A stretch of DNA of 63,141 nt, counting the filler, from Reticulomyxa filosa (taxonomy: Eukaryota > Protista > Foraminifera), in the NCBI GenBank assembly GCA_000512085.1. It is 18 parts of 18 records of this genome, joined end to end, with 100 filler letters (N's around TTAATTAATTAA, not from the genome) between each part and the next. Parts side by side here need not be neighbours in the genome. Positions count along the whole stretch, not along the records: positions 1 to 3,343 come from ASPP01038326.1; positions 3,444 to 8,188 come from ASPP01029255.1; positions 8,289 to 20,035 come from ASPP01001073.1; 15 more parts are not named here. One strand, 5' to 3'. Shown piece by piece: positions 1-12,104 of the stretch. The notes beneath the pieces were generated by a model. It ran no database searches. It was not told the origin of the DNA and saw only the letters and a list, made by a program, of their open reading frames with translations. The position numbers and the translations under genes are program-made. Each line of letters starts with the position of its first letter. The first letter of the stretch is position 1.

Positions 1-57
1 TAAGTAAATTTTTAAAAAATATTTGTTTACACATTTTTTTTTTTTGGTTTGAAATAG

Positions 58-171
58 TGAGTATTGTTGACTGGCTACGCTGACAATAACATGTTCTATG
101 TAAATGACCTTGCTGACTTTTTGTTAACTTACGCATATTCTGGCATGTCCCAATGGGCTGTTTATCATTAA
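58..171 (+). pseudogene. Decayed 3' exon of a peptidase C39-like protein
   Basis: After an AG acceptor (56-57) the frame reads *VLLTGYADNNMFYVNDLADFLLTYAYSGMSQWAVYH*. This resembles the C39-like HWVL.TGY...FYVNDP motif, with TGA at the Trp position and DP changed to DL. Confidence 0.45.
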
Positions 172-2984
172 TAGCATGGCTTCAAATGATGAATTGTGTT
201 TGTTGGCACCTTGTAATTGAATGTGCTTTTTTATCTTTCTTTTTTTTTCCTAAGTGCATTTCACACTAATGAAGCTTAACATAGAAGAATTTTTTAAAAA
301 TGCCCGCCACGTAGCAACATGGCGGAGTAACGTTCGCAAAATTTTCTTTTTTTTGAGTACATGCATTTTTTCGCGCTTGATTTGGGTCTCTATCTGGTAT
401 GCTGTAATTCAGTCATAATATACATCTTCTATGAAATCAATACGATCCATTTTCTTTTTTATCCTGGCGAAAAATTTTGCATTTTTATTTTTTAAAAATT
501 TCTTAATAACACGCTCAAAGTTAAAAAAAATTTTGAAAGATAAAATAAAAACCAACAATATATGGCCAGTCGTTGATCAGACAATAATACTTACTGTTAC
601 TTTGATTATAACAGCAACAATGCTTGCAATATTCGAGTCTATAATAATATGCAAACAATCACATTAATCGCTGAAATTTGTTTATATTCTTATTCAGTTT
701 TTTTTTTTTTGCATTATGTATATAAAGATTCCTGATTTTGTTATTTATTCATTGTTTTTTTTTTCTTTATTGGTAATAAAGAGAGTATATTGTCGAGAAT
801 AACAGTTAAAAGTAACTGCTTCCAAAATGTCAAATGATATGCGAAATTGAAGAGAGGCGTTGGACATGTTGACGTATAAACAAATATTCCAACAAAGATC
901 ATATTCATCGAGGTAGTGGCTTAAAGCCATGTTTTTGATTATTTGCAAGTACTCCAGAACGAAAGTGACTTGAAGCAAGGTAGTTGTTTAACAAGACAGC
1001 AAAAGATGAAAAAAATGTACAAAATTATTCGTCAAATAAGTGCTTCATATTGTATAGTAAAATGTCAAATTCATATTTGTTTTTATTCACCATTCTTGAT
1101 AAGAGAGTCGTCAAATAATTAAAACTTAAATATTGACATTTGGTACACAGAAGGTGAATACATTTTACAAAAAAAAATTTCTTTGGGAAAAACTTTCCCT
1201 TTCAATCAGATAAGAGTATGTCTATCCGAGTTCGTAAAGTGTTGCGTCATCTTGAAGGACAAGCTTCCTCATCCTTGGAAAAGAAAACAAAGTTCAAGAA
1301 AATAGGAGCTATTATAAATATTGGCTACGGTACAAACCCGTTGGAACGACAACGATTGTTATAGTCATGTTAACAACGTCATTTATTCAATTATCAATCA
1401 GTATTTAATTAAAAAATGCCAATTGGATATAAAAAATGGAGCCACCCCCATTGTTAGGAATAATCAATAAATAAAGTTAAATGTTTTTTTGATTTGCAAA
1501 GCGCATAAGAAAAATATAAGTCCATATTTCTTTAAAATGAATCATTGTGTAACTGAACAGAGTCTACATTATATAACTGTAGAAAATCTAAAATTGTCAT
1601 CAAGTTAATTACGTAAAGAGAATGCAGTGATGAACTGAATTCTTTTTTTCAAAGACTGGTGAAAGAATAGATTTATTTGTGAAAATATTCTTATGATTAA
1701 CAATGAATTATGTAGAATTATGCAACAGCGATAATAGGATACTTGAAAAAAAAATTGTATCAGTATTTTTAGGAATTAGTGTGAATAAATTAGTGCTTTT
1801 TCAATCTGTTTTTTTTTTTTTTGTAAAATGCAAACGAAAATATTGTGTTTTGCAAAAAGATAACTTTTCTTCATATCAAAGATAATGTATCCAAGTCATT
1901 ATTATTGTCAGTATTCGCTGAACCTTTCTTTTTTATCTTATAATTGCATAAGTCTATATCAAAAGTAAGAATGCTTATTCTTGAACTATGTGCAATGAGG
2001 TCTGATCATATACGATTGAAAAAAAAGTTATTTATAAGAACAGTGATGTTCCTTCGTTAAATTTGGCAAGAATTGAAAAGTTGAAGTTTGAAGTGCTAAG
2101 TTGAAACTATCAGTCGACCCCTTCATGGATAATAATTTGGTCATGTCCACCTTGAATGAGTCCAGTTCATCATTCAACGAAGACAATGCTTTCTATAAGC
2201 GCCTTGGTATGAAATGGACTTTATCACAAGTACTTAAAGAAGAAGCTGGAAGGAAGAAGAAAGTCGAAACATGATAACATTGTCGACGACGTTGAACAAT
2301 GGCGACTCAAACCGAAAGGCGAGCAGCGATTGTGAAGACAATCACCACTGACTATCAGCGTAACACAAACACCATTGACTAGTGAAAACTCGAAAGCGCA
2401 AATGCAAGTGAATCGGAACTACAAGTATCATATCGTCAGCGAGAGCTATGAATCGCCGAGCATATTGACTTCTAATCTGACTTTGCCAAGATAGTCGTAT
2501 CTTTCGCAATCTCGGCCCATGATCAGTAATGAAGATGATCACGCTAGTGATCATGGATCATGACCATGACTGCGAGCGCAGACAGACAATTTTCAAATCA
2601 GTTGGCCATATATCAAAAAAAAAATAGATTATATATTTACTCAACGTGTTGTTGCAATTCCAGCTGTCGAAGATGAAATAAATACGATTTTGGAAAAATT
2701 GTAAAATAATCTAAAATACAATTATTGCGGCAATATATGCCATATTAATTTATTTTTAAAAATTATCATAGATCACACAAAATTGTAAACATATAACAAA
2801 CTATTTTGAAGAATTTATTGAAGAACTTACTGAAGGTGAAGAAGAACTTACTGAACTCGATGAAAAATTTATTTAAGGTGATTAAAAATTTACTAAATGT
2901 GATTATGAAGATAACAATGATAAATACAATGAAAATTTAAACGATATTAAAGATGTTTTATTTAAATTTGATGAAATTTATACC

Positions 2985-3262
2985 GATATTGTTATATTAT
3001 ACAACGACTTATCTAATTTACAACATCAATTAATATAATAGTTTAAACAGCTATTCTGCGAAAATATCAAAATAATAAATAAATGGACACAAGAAGTCAC
3101 AAATCTGGTGACATCGTCTACAATAGATGATCGGCTAATGTTGAAATTTCGGACGATGTATTTTAAATGTGTTGCAGCTGGTATTTGGATATTATCAATA
3201 TATTGGGTTAACAGTTGCATTAAAGAATCGAAAATTATAAATGATTTTCCATTTGAGATAAT
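2985..3262 (+). pseudogene. BRCA1/BARD1-type BRCT domain pseudogene fragment
   Basis: Frame reads IVILYNDLSNLQHQLI**FKQLF...EVTNLVT...RTMYFKCVAAGIWILSIYWVNSCIKESKIINDFPFEI. It matches the first BRCA1-type BRCT repeat (RTLKYF.GIA.GKW.VS..WV..SIKE.K......FEV). In-frame TAA TAG at 3036-3041. Confidence 0.6.
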
Positions 3263-3343
3263 ATTTGTATATTTTGTTTTGTTTTTTATTGAACATTTTT
3301 TATGTTATATGTATAAATATATTATCTGAATCCTAAGTTTTTT

Positions 3344-3443
3344 NNNNNNNNNNNNNNNNNNNNNNNNNNNNNNNNNNNNNNNNNNNNTTAATTAATTAAN
3401 NNNNNNNNNNNNNNNNNNNNNNNNNNNNNNNNNNNNNNNNNNN
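3344..3443. other. Artificial contig spacer (N44 + TTAATTAATTAA + N44); first of 17
   Basis: Identical 100-nt spacer with stops in all six frames also at 8189, 20036, 22656, 27636, 29637, 31808, 34682, 36794, 38515, 41204, 42841, 48669, 49773, 51940, 53421 and 61345 (start positions). Adjacent contigs are not necessarily linked. Confidence 0.98.
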
Positions 3444-3507
3444 GCTTTGTTTTTTTTTTTTTTTTTATTTTTTTTTTTTTTTTTTTTACGATCGAAATGA
3501 AAATCAG

Positions 3508-3858
3508 AAAAACTGGCTTTGGAGGGTATGTCGTCTTTTTACTTTTCGCTTCTGGTAGACCAAAAAATGACAAACGTTTAAGTGACGTTTACTTTGTAGA
3601 TATGGACCGTCGCCGGGCCTGAGTCGTGGCACTCGTGTAATCGAAGTCACGTGTGACGTGAAAAACCCCATAGATTTTGAGTGGCAGACTTGGGTGAGAC
3701 AAGACGATGGCTCTATCATGAACAGTGCCAATGAAACCTACAACAAAGCCGCAAATTGGGATGAATGGCATTACTGCTGTGCATCCACTGGCATGTCCGA
3801 AAAAGACAAGAAAATTGAAGAAGAGTTGGCCGCTTATTGGACTCAGTTGAATTATTGA
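3508..3858 (+). CDS. Calcineurin-like metallophosphoesterase (Dcr2/PAP-like), 3' fragment
   Basis: An 18-nt exon (3508-3525), GT-AG intron (3526-3599) and exon 3600-3858 splice to KTGFGGYGPSPGLSRGTRVIEV...FEWQTWVRQDDG. This is the typical C-terminus of Dcr2-family phosphatases (TGYGGYG..RGARV....TWIR.EDG). Confidence 0.7.
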
Positions 3859-4989
3859 GTTGTTTAAATTTCATTAATTTGATTTTGTTTTTGTTTTTGT
3901 TTTTTTTGAGCAAATTATACCAATCTCGTTAATCTCTTGGTCAATTCATAACACCAAAAGATTGTTTATTCTTTGGATTCACTCCCACCAAAGGAAGTTG
4001 TTAATGTGTAACGCAATACATTTTAATTTATATCATGAATCGCAAAAAAAAAAAAAGAATTATTCGAAAATAAAAAACAACACTAAAAAAAGGTATTTCA
4101 ATCAAATACAGCATTGCACACTAAATACAATACAATACAATATAAAAGTAACAACCTAACGATACTTTCAATCTTCGTCGCAAATTGATATCACACTATT
4201 TAAAATGTTAAAATTAGTATTAATAATTAATAAATTTACACTTATTTTTTAAGGTAAGGCCAAAATATTTAAATCTACAGACTTCTGACATTGTGCAGAG
4301 TAATTTATTTTCATGATTATCTGCATTGTCCTGTTTTAAAAGTGCAAAAATGAAAAAAATTTAATTAAAAAGAAATAAGCAAAAAATCAAATATAATTTT
4401 AAACAATGAATAAAAACAATAACTATTCTATGAAGTTGTTTAAGTAAAAAATTTATTACCTTTGTTTTGGTTATTTGTGTCTTACCGCTATTGATTCGTT
4501 TAGTTGTTTGCTATATTATGTCGACTCGTTGTTTGCTGTTTCGCTTGTGTCGTTGTGCATTGTTTGTAAGCTGTTTATCTTGCCATATGAGAGGATTTTG
4601 AGAAGTCTGATAACTGTTGTTTTTTGTAATGATTAAAGGAGTTTTTTGAAAAATAAACTCTAGTTTTAAACGAACTTAACCAGCATTTTTTGTAATACAG
4701 TTTTTTCATAAAACGTTTATAGACGCGACAGGATTGATACTTCTTTAAAAAATGTGGTTTACATTAATTTTGAAAAATATTAAATGCTGATTTTATCGTT
4801 TTGGTACTATGAGCTACAATGATTAGTAAAATTATTACATAAGCATATTACAATGTTTTTAGCTTGCCATACTCTAGCTTTTTGGGAAAGAGGAAGCATT
4901 ACATTAATTGGCCTATGGCTTCAATGCTATGGCTGGCAGTCAAAAAGAATATTTGATTAACACAAGGAAAATGTCACAGTTGAAAGACT

Positions 4990-6793
4990 TCATTGACTCC
5001 CTTTTGAGAGAGAAGAAGTATCTGTTTGTTGATAGCCTTGCAAACAGTACTGCCTAAAGACAGTGTTGCCATCGATAATAAGTCGTTTAGTGGAATCTTT
5101 GATGTCAATAACTCCTAAAGTTTTGTTAATAAGGAGTAAGGTATTATGATGTGATTTATTGGTAGTATCTCCTCCATCAACAGCAATACAATCAAAATAT
5201 TGATTTAATAATTGTTTTAATTTATAATTTTCAGCAAGTAAAGATTTTTTAGTTTCTGATATAACATTAAAATCAATTAAAGCTTTGTTATATTTAGTCA
5301 TAAAATGATTAATAAGATGAATTTTATCTTGAGATATATTTGATGTATAAATAGAATATTCTGGAATATTTGTAATTTGTTGAGTAGTATAAATTTGTTC
5401 TTGTTGTAATTGATATTTTCTTTGAATTTGATATAATTTGAAGATTGAATTAGCAATATCAATTAAATTTCTTAATTCTTTTTCATTTTTATTGAATTCA
5501 GAAATGATAAAAGATAATTTATTATTTTCATTTTTTCGAAATTTATTTAATCTATTTTTTAATGAAACAAAATGTTGATTCATTTCTTGTTTTTCTTTTT
5601 TAAGTAAATCATTTTTTAATAACCATTCTTGTTTATTTTGAATTAATTTCTTTTTTAATTGTAAACATTCATTATGTAAAATATCATTATTTATGATTAA
5701 TCTTTTAATTTCATTAGATATATGTTCATCTTTTTTTTTAAGTTGAATAAATTCTTTATTTTTATCTTTTGTTAATTCAATAAATTGATCATGACATTCA
5801 TCAAATTGTTTTTCATATACTTCAATTTCTGTAGAATATTTTTTAAAATGTATATGTATATATAATATTTATTTTAAATAAATAAAAATATTATATAAAT
5901 ATATATGTACATATACATATACCAGTTTCTAAAGTAATTTTTAAAACATTTAAATCTTCTAAATTTTTATTTTTAATTTCTTCTCTTTCAGATTCAAAAT
6001 TTTGTTTTTCAAAATCACTAACTTGTTCAAATTCTTTTAATATTAATTCATTTAATATTTGAATTTGTTTTTGAAATTTTATATAATAATTAATCATATC
6101 TTGTTTTTCATAATTAAATTCATTTTTTAATATTTCTAAATCTTTTTCAAATTCTTTAAGATATTCATTTATTTTATTTTGATGAATATTTAATAATTCT
6201 TTTAATTGTTTAAAATGTTGATTTGTCATATTATATTTTATATTTAATTCTAATATATTAATATCATTACAATTATTACATATTGAATTATTATTTAATG
6301 TTAATATTTTATTATTATAAAAATAATCTAAATATGGAATCCATTCTTTTCTCATTTCTTCTAATTTATTTTCACGTAAAATATATCTCCATTTTTGTAA
6401 TATTTTTATTTTTATTCCAAATTGTTTTATTATTGATTGATCATTTAAATTATTTATATTTAATAATCTTTTTAACATTTTATTATTTATTTCTTGATAT
6501 TTTTTATATATTTCTTCTTGTTGTATTTTTGTTATAATTTGTTTTTCTATTATTGTTTCATTTGTAATTAATGATGTTTTTATATTTTCATTTTCTTTTT
6601 TATTATCATTATCATGAATTTCACTAGTTAAATCTATTTCTTTTTTGTTTACATTTTGTTCTAGAGAATGGGGACTAACAATATCAGCTAAAGAAATTGT
6701 TTCATCTAATATATCATTCGAATTGGAATTATCTCCACGAAAGCCAAGACGTTCTCCTGAGACCATCTCTCCTAAAAGCAAGCCTTCTTCCAT
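4990..6793 (-). CDS. DRC2: Dynein regulatory complex subunit 2 (CCDC65/DRC2)
   Basis: Two exons with a GT-AG intron at 5922-5829. Motifs QKWRYILRENKLEEMRKE, FESEREEIKNKNLEDLNVLKITLE and FMTKYNKALID...LLAENYKLKQLLNQYFD are characteristic of CCDC65. Confidence 0.8.
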
Positions 6794-7050
6794 CTTTTTT
6801 TTTTTTACAATTGAAAAACAAGTAAATGAGGAAAACTTATAGATTAATGTTTTTTTTTTTTAAAAGTTATTATGGGATTGTCTCAACTCAAAAGATTAAA
6901 TTTTAATTTTACTTTTTTTTTATCTCAGTGAAGAAATTATCGATCTTTTTTGCAATTTAAAACAATCAATCATTGTTCTAAAAATATTTTTATGTGAAAC
7001 AGCGTTAAACTCCTTTTTCATAATAGGACATTTCTTGAGTGGTAATAAAA

Positions 7051-7804
7051 ATGAATTTTCGCCCAACAGCACAAAATGGTCTCACAATGGTGAGAATTTT
7101 CGGTGGTCAAAACACTAGAAGAACAACAGCAATGCTTGTGCGCTGGGCCGACACAGTTTTGGATTGTAAATCAATAAAAAGAAAAATTGAATAATATTTT
7201 TTCGTATGTATGTTGCGTATGTAATTAGATAAATTTGCAAAAAGATGGATTATATAAAAAGCCATTCAAAGATATGGAAAATAGATATTTTGAATCAAAT
7301 TCACGTCGATGGCGAAGATGGAAAAGAGAACGATTAACAAGAGAATGGAAACATGAAGTTGAAAATACAGCTAACATGGCTTTATGGTGTCGATTTCGAC
7401 AAAGTAAATATCAAGAAGATCCAAATGGAAATAATATTGATGTAAAGAAATATAAAAAATATTTAAGAGAAAAACAAGAAGAAAAATTAAAACGACAACG
7501 ACAACAATCTCAATATAATAATTGGGATATTGATACTATTATGTTTACTCCTAAACGTAAAACAGCTGTATTAACTCAAGAAGAACTTATGCATAAAAAT
7601 ACAATGAAACCTGAATCTTATTTACAAAAATTAAAACAAAACTTTCTAAGTGAAAGACAGAATAAAGAATTAGAATTCAAATCTTGGCTTAATGATGAAC
7701 CCATTAAACCTAATGTAAATCAAAATCAAAATGATTTTGATTTATTGTTACAACTTGTTGGAAAAGAAGAAATTGAAAAAATTAAAACTTTTATTTCCAA
7801 ATAA
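7051..7804 (+). CDS. Basic hypothetical protein; weak resemblance to mitochondrial ribosomal protein bS21m
   Basis: ATG at 7051, intron of about 7156/7166-7228 (donor uncertain), then LQKDGLYKK...RYFESNSRRWRR, reminiscent of S21 (DG....RYYEKP..RR.R). Head-to-head with DRC2. Confidence 0.35.
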
Positions 7805-8346
7805 TTTTTTTTTTGTAAGACAAGATAAAATGTATTATTTTTTTTTTTTGCAATCTTTGGTCTGGCATAAATTAAAACTCCAAAGAAGAAATTTCTTCGT
7901 TTTAACTAATATCAAGTTCACAACACGGAACCTTTTTTAAAAGAAAAAAAAAAAGGCTAGTTCTCGTCACACTTAGTATCTTTTTAAAAAAGATTATTTG
8001 TTATTGTAAATATGTTATGGCTAAAAGCCAGTTTTCAAACATTTCAAGTTTGATTTTAAGGTGAAGATTCCTCTTTAAGTTGTTGTCTTTTGTTTTTTTT
8101 GATGACTTTTTTTATTTTGAAAGAAATGATATTTCAAGACCGTTGTCTGATTAAACATATGTAATAATTTTCCAACATTGTCAACAACNNNNNNNNNNNN
8201 NNNNNNNNNNNNNNNNNNNNNNNNNNNNNNNNTTAATTAATTAANNNNNNNNNNNNNNNNNNNNNNNNNNNNNNNNNNNNNNNNNNNNTTATTATTATTA
8301 TTATTATTATTCATTTTAAAAATCAAATCAAATCAAATATTTTCTT

Positions 8347-8556
8347 TCACTTAACAATCACTGGTGGATTAATTCGTTGGACATTTGATTCTTCCATTAG
8401 TATTTCCATTGCTCTTTGGCATAATGCCTTCACTTGTCCTTCTGTTATATACTCGCATCTTCGCAATTGCTCTATTTGCTTGTCCAAATCTTTACTTCCT
8501 CCAGTATCTGAAGTTTCTGGTTGAACCTTCTTCTTTGTTTCAATTGCTTGTGCCAT
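8347..8556 (-). CDS. PPP4C: Serine/threonine phosphatase PP4 (PP2A family) catalytic subunit, first exon
   Basis: [44 protein letters not shown] closely matches the PP4 N-terminus. Truncated by the contig end. Confidence 0.8.
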   Translation of the reverse strand: MAQAIETKKKVQPETSDTGGSKDLDKQIEQLRRCEYITEGQVKALCQRAMEILMEESNVQRINPPVIVK

Positions 8557-9287
8557 CACTTTTTTTTTTTAGCTCTTTTTTTTTTAAATTAAAGTTAAAG
8601 CTGTACCCCTTTGTTTTCTCTTCAAAGACCTACTTTAGGTTGTAAAGGGACAGTCGATCGTTTGTTACATCAATTTTTTTAGGTTAAAAAACTTTAGCAG
8701 CTGTTAAATCAAAAACTACCATGTTGCGTTATATCATATAGCATTTACAAGTAGCAACATTTTTTCAGGATATCAGTCGCCGACCCAAAAAGATATCATT
8801 ACTTGATCTAACGCATCTTACATACAAGTTCTTTTGATGGTATGTCAAGACAACAGAAGCCATTTTCAATTTAAGAAATTTTTTGAATCAAAGAAGTATT
8901 AATTGAAATTTGAGATATAATAAGCTATAGATACTATAATACTACCTATAATTTATATCCAATGTATATAAAAGCATACTAATATTTTTTTTAGCTTTAT
9001 GTTTTAAAGAAATAAATGGATTTTATTTGTTTGAAAAAGCGGATTCAAAGTTAAACTTATATTAATAAATGTTTTTATTGGAATCCATTGAAGAAACTTA
9101 TCTCTGTGTTTTACTCAGTCGATATTAAAATAAAGATGGCTTAGACAAAGTGTAATGATAGAAAAAAAGAAATGCATGCTGGTTATAGCAGATGGACCCG
9201 AATACAACTAAAATAGAAAATCAAGAACAAAAAAATCGATCACAAACCAATGTTATGTCAAGAAAACAAAAATTGACTCCAAACGCT

Positions 9288-11652
9288 TTAAGATTGCGCG
9301 CTAAAAGTAGTGAAATTGCTTGCGTTGTAATGAGAAATTTGTTCGACGATCATTTCTATCACAAAACACAGATCATCAATGATCATAAACCTCAAAAGTA
9401 TGTGACATGCTCACTAATTCTCAGAAATGAAGTTTTTGTGTGTACAAAACTTTGTATTTCCTGTTCATTTAAATTTTCTTCTTCAAATTCAAAGTGAACC
9501 GGTTGATGTTTCATTTCTAATTGCTTATCACGAACACGTTCAAAGTAAGTATGTTTCAAAGCATCTTCAGCACTAATTCTTTTTTCCACATCGTATTGTA
9601 AAAATCGAAGCAATAAATCTAATGCCCGTCGTGCTTTCTTTTCTGCTTCCAAGAATTTTTCTTTTTCCCCCGGTCCCGAAATATTTTTTAGTTAGGACGT
9701 GTTTTTTTTTTTTTTTTGGAGCAAATGCCCTCTCAAAAAAAAGACATCTACTCAACTGCACTCGTTGTCGTCTCTAGGAAGTGCGGGAAAAACGGATTGA
9801 ATTTTAGCAGGGGGTATTGGTTTTACCTTTTGTAATTGATCGCGGAGCTTTGGATGACACATCTTTGAGATTTCATCCACATTTGGCGTCCCCAAAACAT
9901 TGAAGATCACTATGAGTTCCAAAAGAGAAAAAAAAAAAAAAATTTATGTATGCGTGTTTGAGTACAAATGCAATCAATGCCAAAAAAAACAACTTAAAAT
10001 TTGGATTACCTTGCAGTTGGTCATTGCCCTGCTTTTTCGAAATATGACTTCCAGACAACGGAAAGCATGTCGTGCCCGGGAATAAAGGTTTCCTTTCTTC
10101 AACATGTTTACAAAATCGATCGTTCATTTGCAACAACTCACCAAAAATACATCCGATTGACCACATGTCAAGCTGTGGTAAAAATTTTCTGTCCAAATGC
10201 GACAATATAACTTCCGGTGCCCGATACCAACGGGTGGCAACATGTCTAGTCGGTGCCCTTTGTTTCAAGCTTTTCGAAACTTTGCCAACCCCGTCCGCTT
10301 CGGCCAAGCTCTCCAAATCTGGACTTTGATTAATGCCCCGTGCTAAACCGAAATCGCAAATCTGTCAAAAACAATCGAGATTAAGCGACAAAAAAAGAAA
10401 TTGTTTATTTGTTTAAAGCTACTAAACTTTGATAGTACAATTTACATTAATCAACACGTTAGCAGGTTTCAAATCCCTATGTACAATTCCGGCTGAGTGC
10501 ATGTACATCGCCGCTAGCAACAGCTGGTAGGTGATAAACTCGATATGTAAAGACCTTGTATCACATTCAAGGCAAGATGCGAGCTGTTTAGAAAATTGAA
10601 CAAATAATAAAAAATAAAAAATAAAATAATAAAAAAAAAAAAATAAAAAAAAAAAGTAAAGGTTATACGTGAATTTTTGATTTGAAAAAATTACTTTTTT
10701 CAGATCCGTGTCGACACGTTCAAAGACTAATGACCTGTTATTTTTTGTTCATAAGAAAACGTACATGCTCGAACTTTCTAACTTTTTGTTTTTCTACTAA
10801 ACAATTGCGAAAAAGACGTATCGTCTGGAAACGGTGGAACTATATCTATCAGTTGTACGATGGCGCTGTGGCTCCGGAACAATTGCAACATGTGTAATTC
10901 GCGTAATAAACGCTTTGCTTCCAAGACATTGGTGAAAATGCCTTTCACAGTTTTGATTGCTACTTTATCACCTTTCGCAACATGCTTGTTGATATCATGC
11001 AATGCGATAGCTTCACGAACTATCCCATATGCACCTTTACCAAGCCATCCCACGTTCTCATAGCGTTGCGCGTAATGCTTATCTAAGTTATCGACTATGA
11101 CCTTTTTTTTTAAAAAAAAAAAAAACTTTTATAATAACCTGTTTTTGTTTTTTTTTTTCTTGGGATAGAAAGTACTCCTTCGTAACAAAAACACTGAAAA
11201 AATTTGCAGATCCTTAAGGCATACCCCCCGAATTTTGATCACTGCCGTCCATATTTGAACACATGCCAACAGACGGACCTGGAATACCGGAACTTATGTC
11301 GCTTTGGATATTTTTGCTTTGAACAACAGTGTTTTCAGACTGCTCGGTACATTGGAAATTAGCGGTTTCTTTCGTGATACATGGCTTGGGTTGTGCCTTA
11401 GGATATATATATCCTTCCGCCACAGGACAAGTGTTGTGAGAGTTGCTTTGTGACGAAAATGGAGGTATCGTTGACCACACCTTTTTGGTAGGTTTTTTCC
11501 ATTGGATTTGTATTATTCTGCGAGGAAATAAATACAACTCTCCCATCACCATTTGGGTAATACTTTTGGTACTGGCCCAGGTGGGGCATCAAAGTAGGCT
11601 CTGTCTGTGGCGGAGGGCAATTATTGGTTTGCAGCATTTCGAAATTATTCAT
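9288..11652 (-). CDS. Mitogen-activated protein kinase, atypical TxH activation loop (multi-exon)
   Basis: LGKGAYGIV, KVAIK, AKRLLREL, HRDLKPANVL (~10450-10480), ICDFGLARG (~10335-10360), TRHVATRWYRAPEV, DMWSIGCIFGEL, PLFPGTTCFPLS, RISAEDALKHTYF. The 5' extension has an unresolved frame change near 11400-11450. Confidence 0.93.
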
Positions 11653-12104
11653 TCTTGTTGCTTGTATTGTGCTAAGTTTGTATACGCTAAAAGGCTAATA
11701 AATACAAAAGCGTAATGCCAGGGTCGGATGCTCACAAAATTTTTTTGCACTGCAAAACGGAGAAACCTTTGCAAAAGTTTGTCTAATGTAAGCTTTTTAG
11801 TATAATTTTCATACAGCTATTGTTGATTATTGACAACTGGTATGTTTGTTGCCAAACGTAGTCCTATGTGTTGAAGTAGACAAAACTAGTTTTAAGTTTT
11901 ATTTGTGAGCGGTCAAATTGCTGAATATAACCTTAAAAAAAAGGAACAAGCCAGACGTTCTGAAGTAAAATATTCTCCAAAATAGTGCTTGGACGTTAAT
12001 CAACACAAGTAATATTTTAAATCCCTACTGCAACCAAACTTTATTCCCCTCTCCCCTCCCATGAAAGTCGAGATGATATGTCGTATGAAGCAGCATGAAG
12101 ATGA

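Noticed and set aside
58-3041. Alternative genetic code (TGA=Trp or TAR=Gln) suggested by stops at conserved positions
   Set aside because: Intact genes in the window end in TGA, TAA and TAG (WD40, U-box and desaturase genes respectively) and have no internal stops. The fragments with stops carry other lesions too.
3388-3399. Regularly recurring palindromic TTAATTAATTAA as a biological repeat or CRISPR-like array
   Set aside because: It is always centred in N runs of fixed length, so it is an artificial six-frame-stop contig linker.
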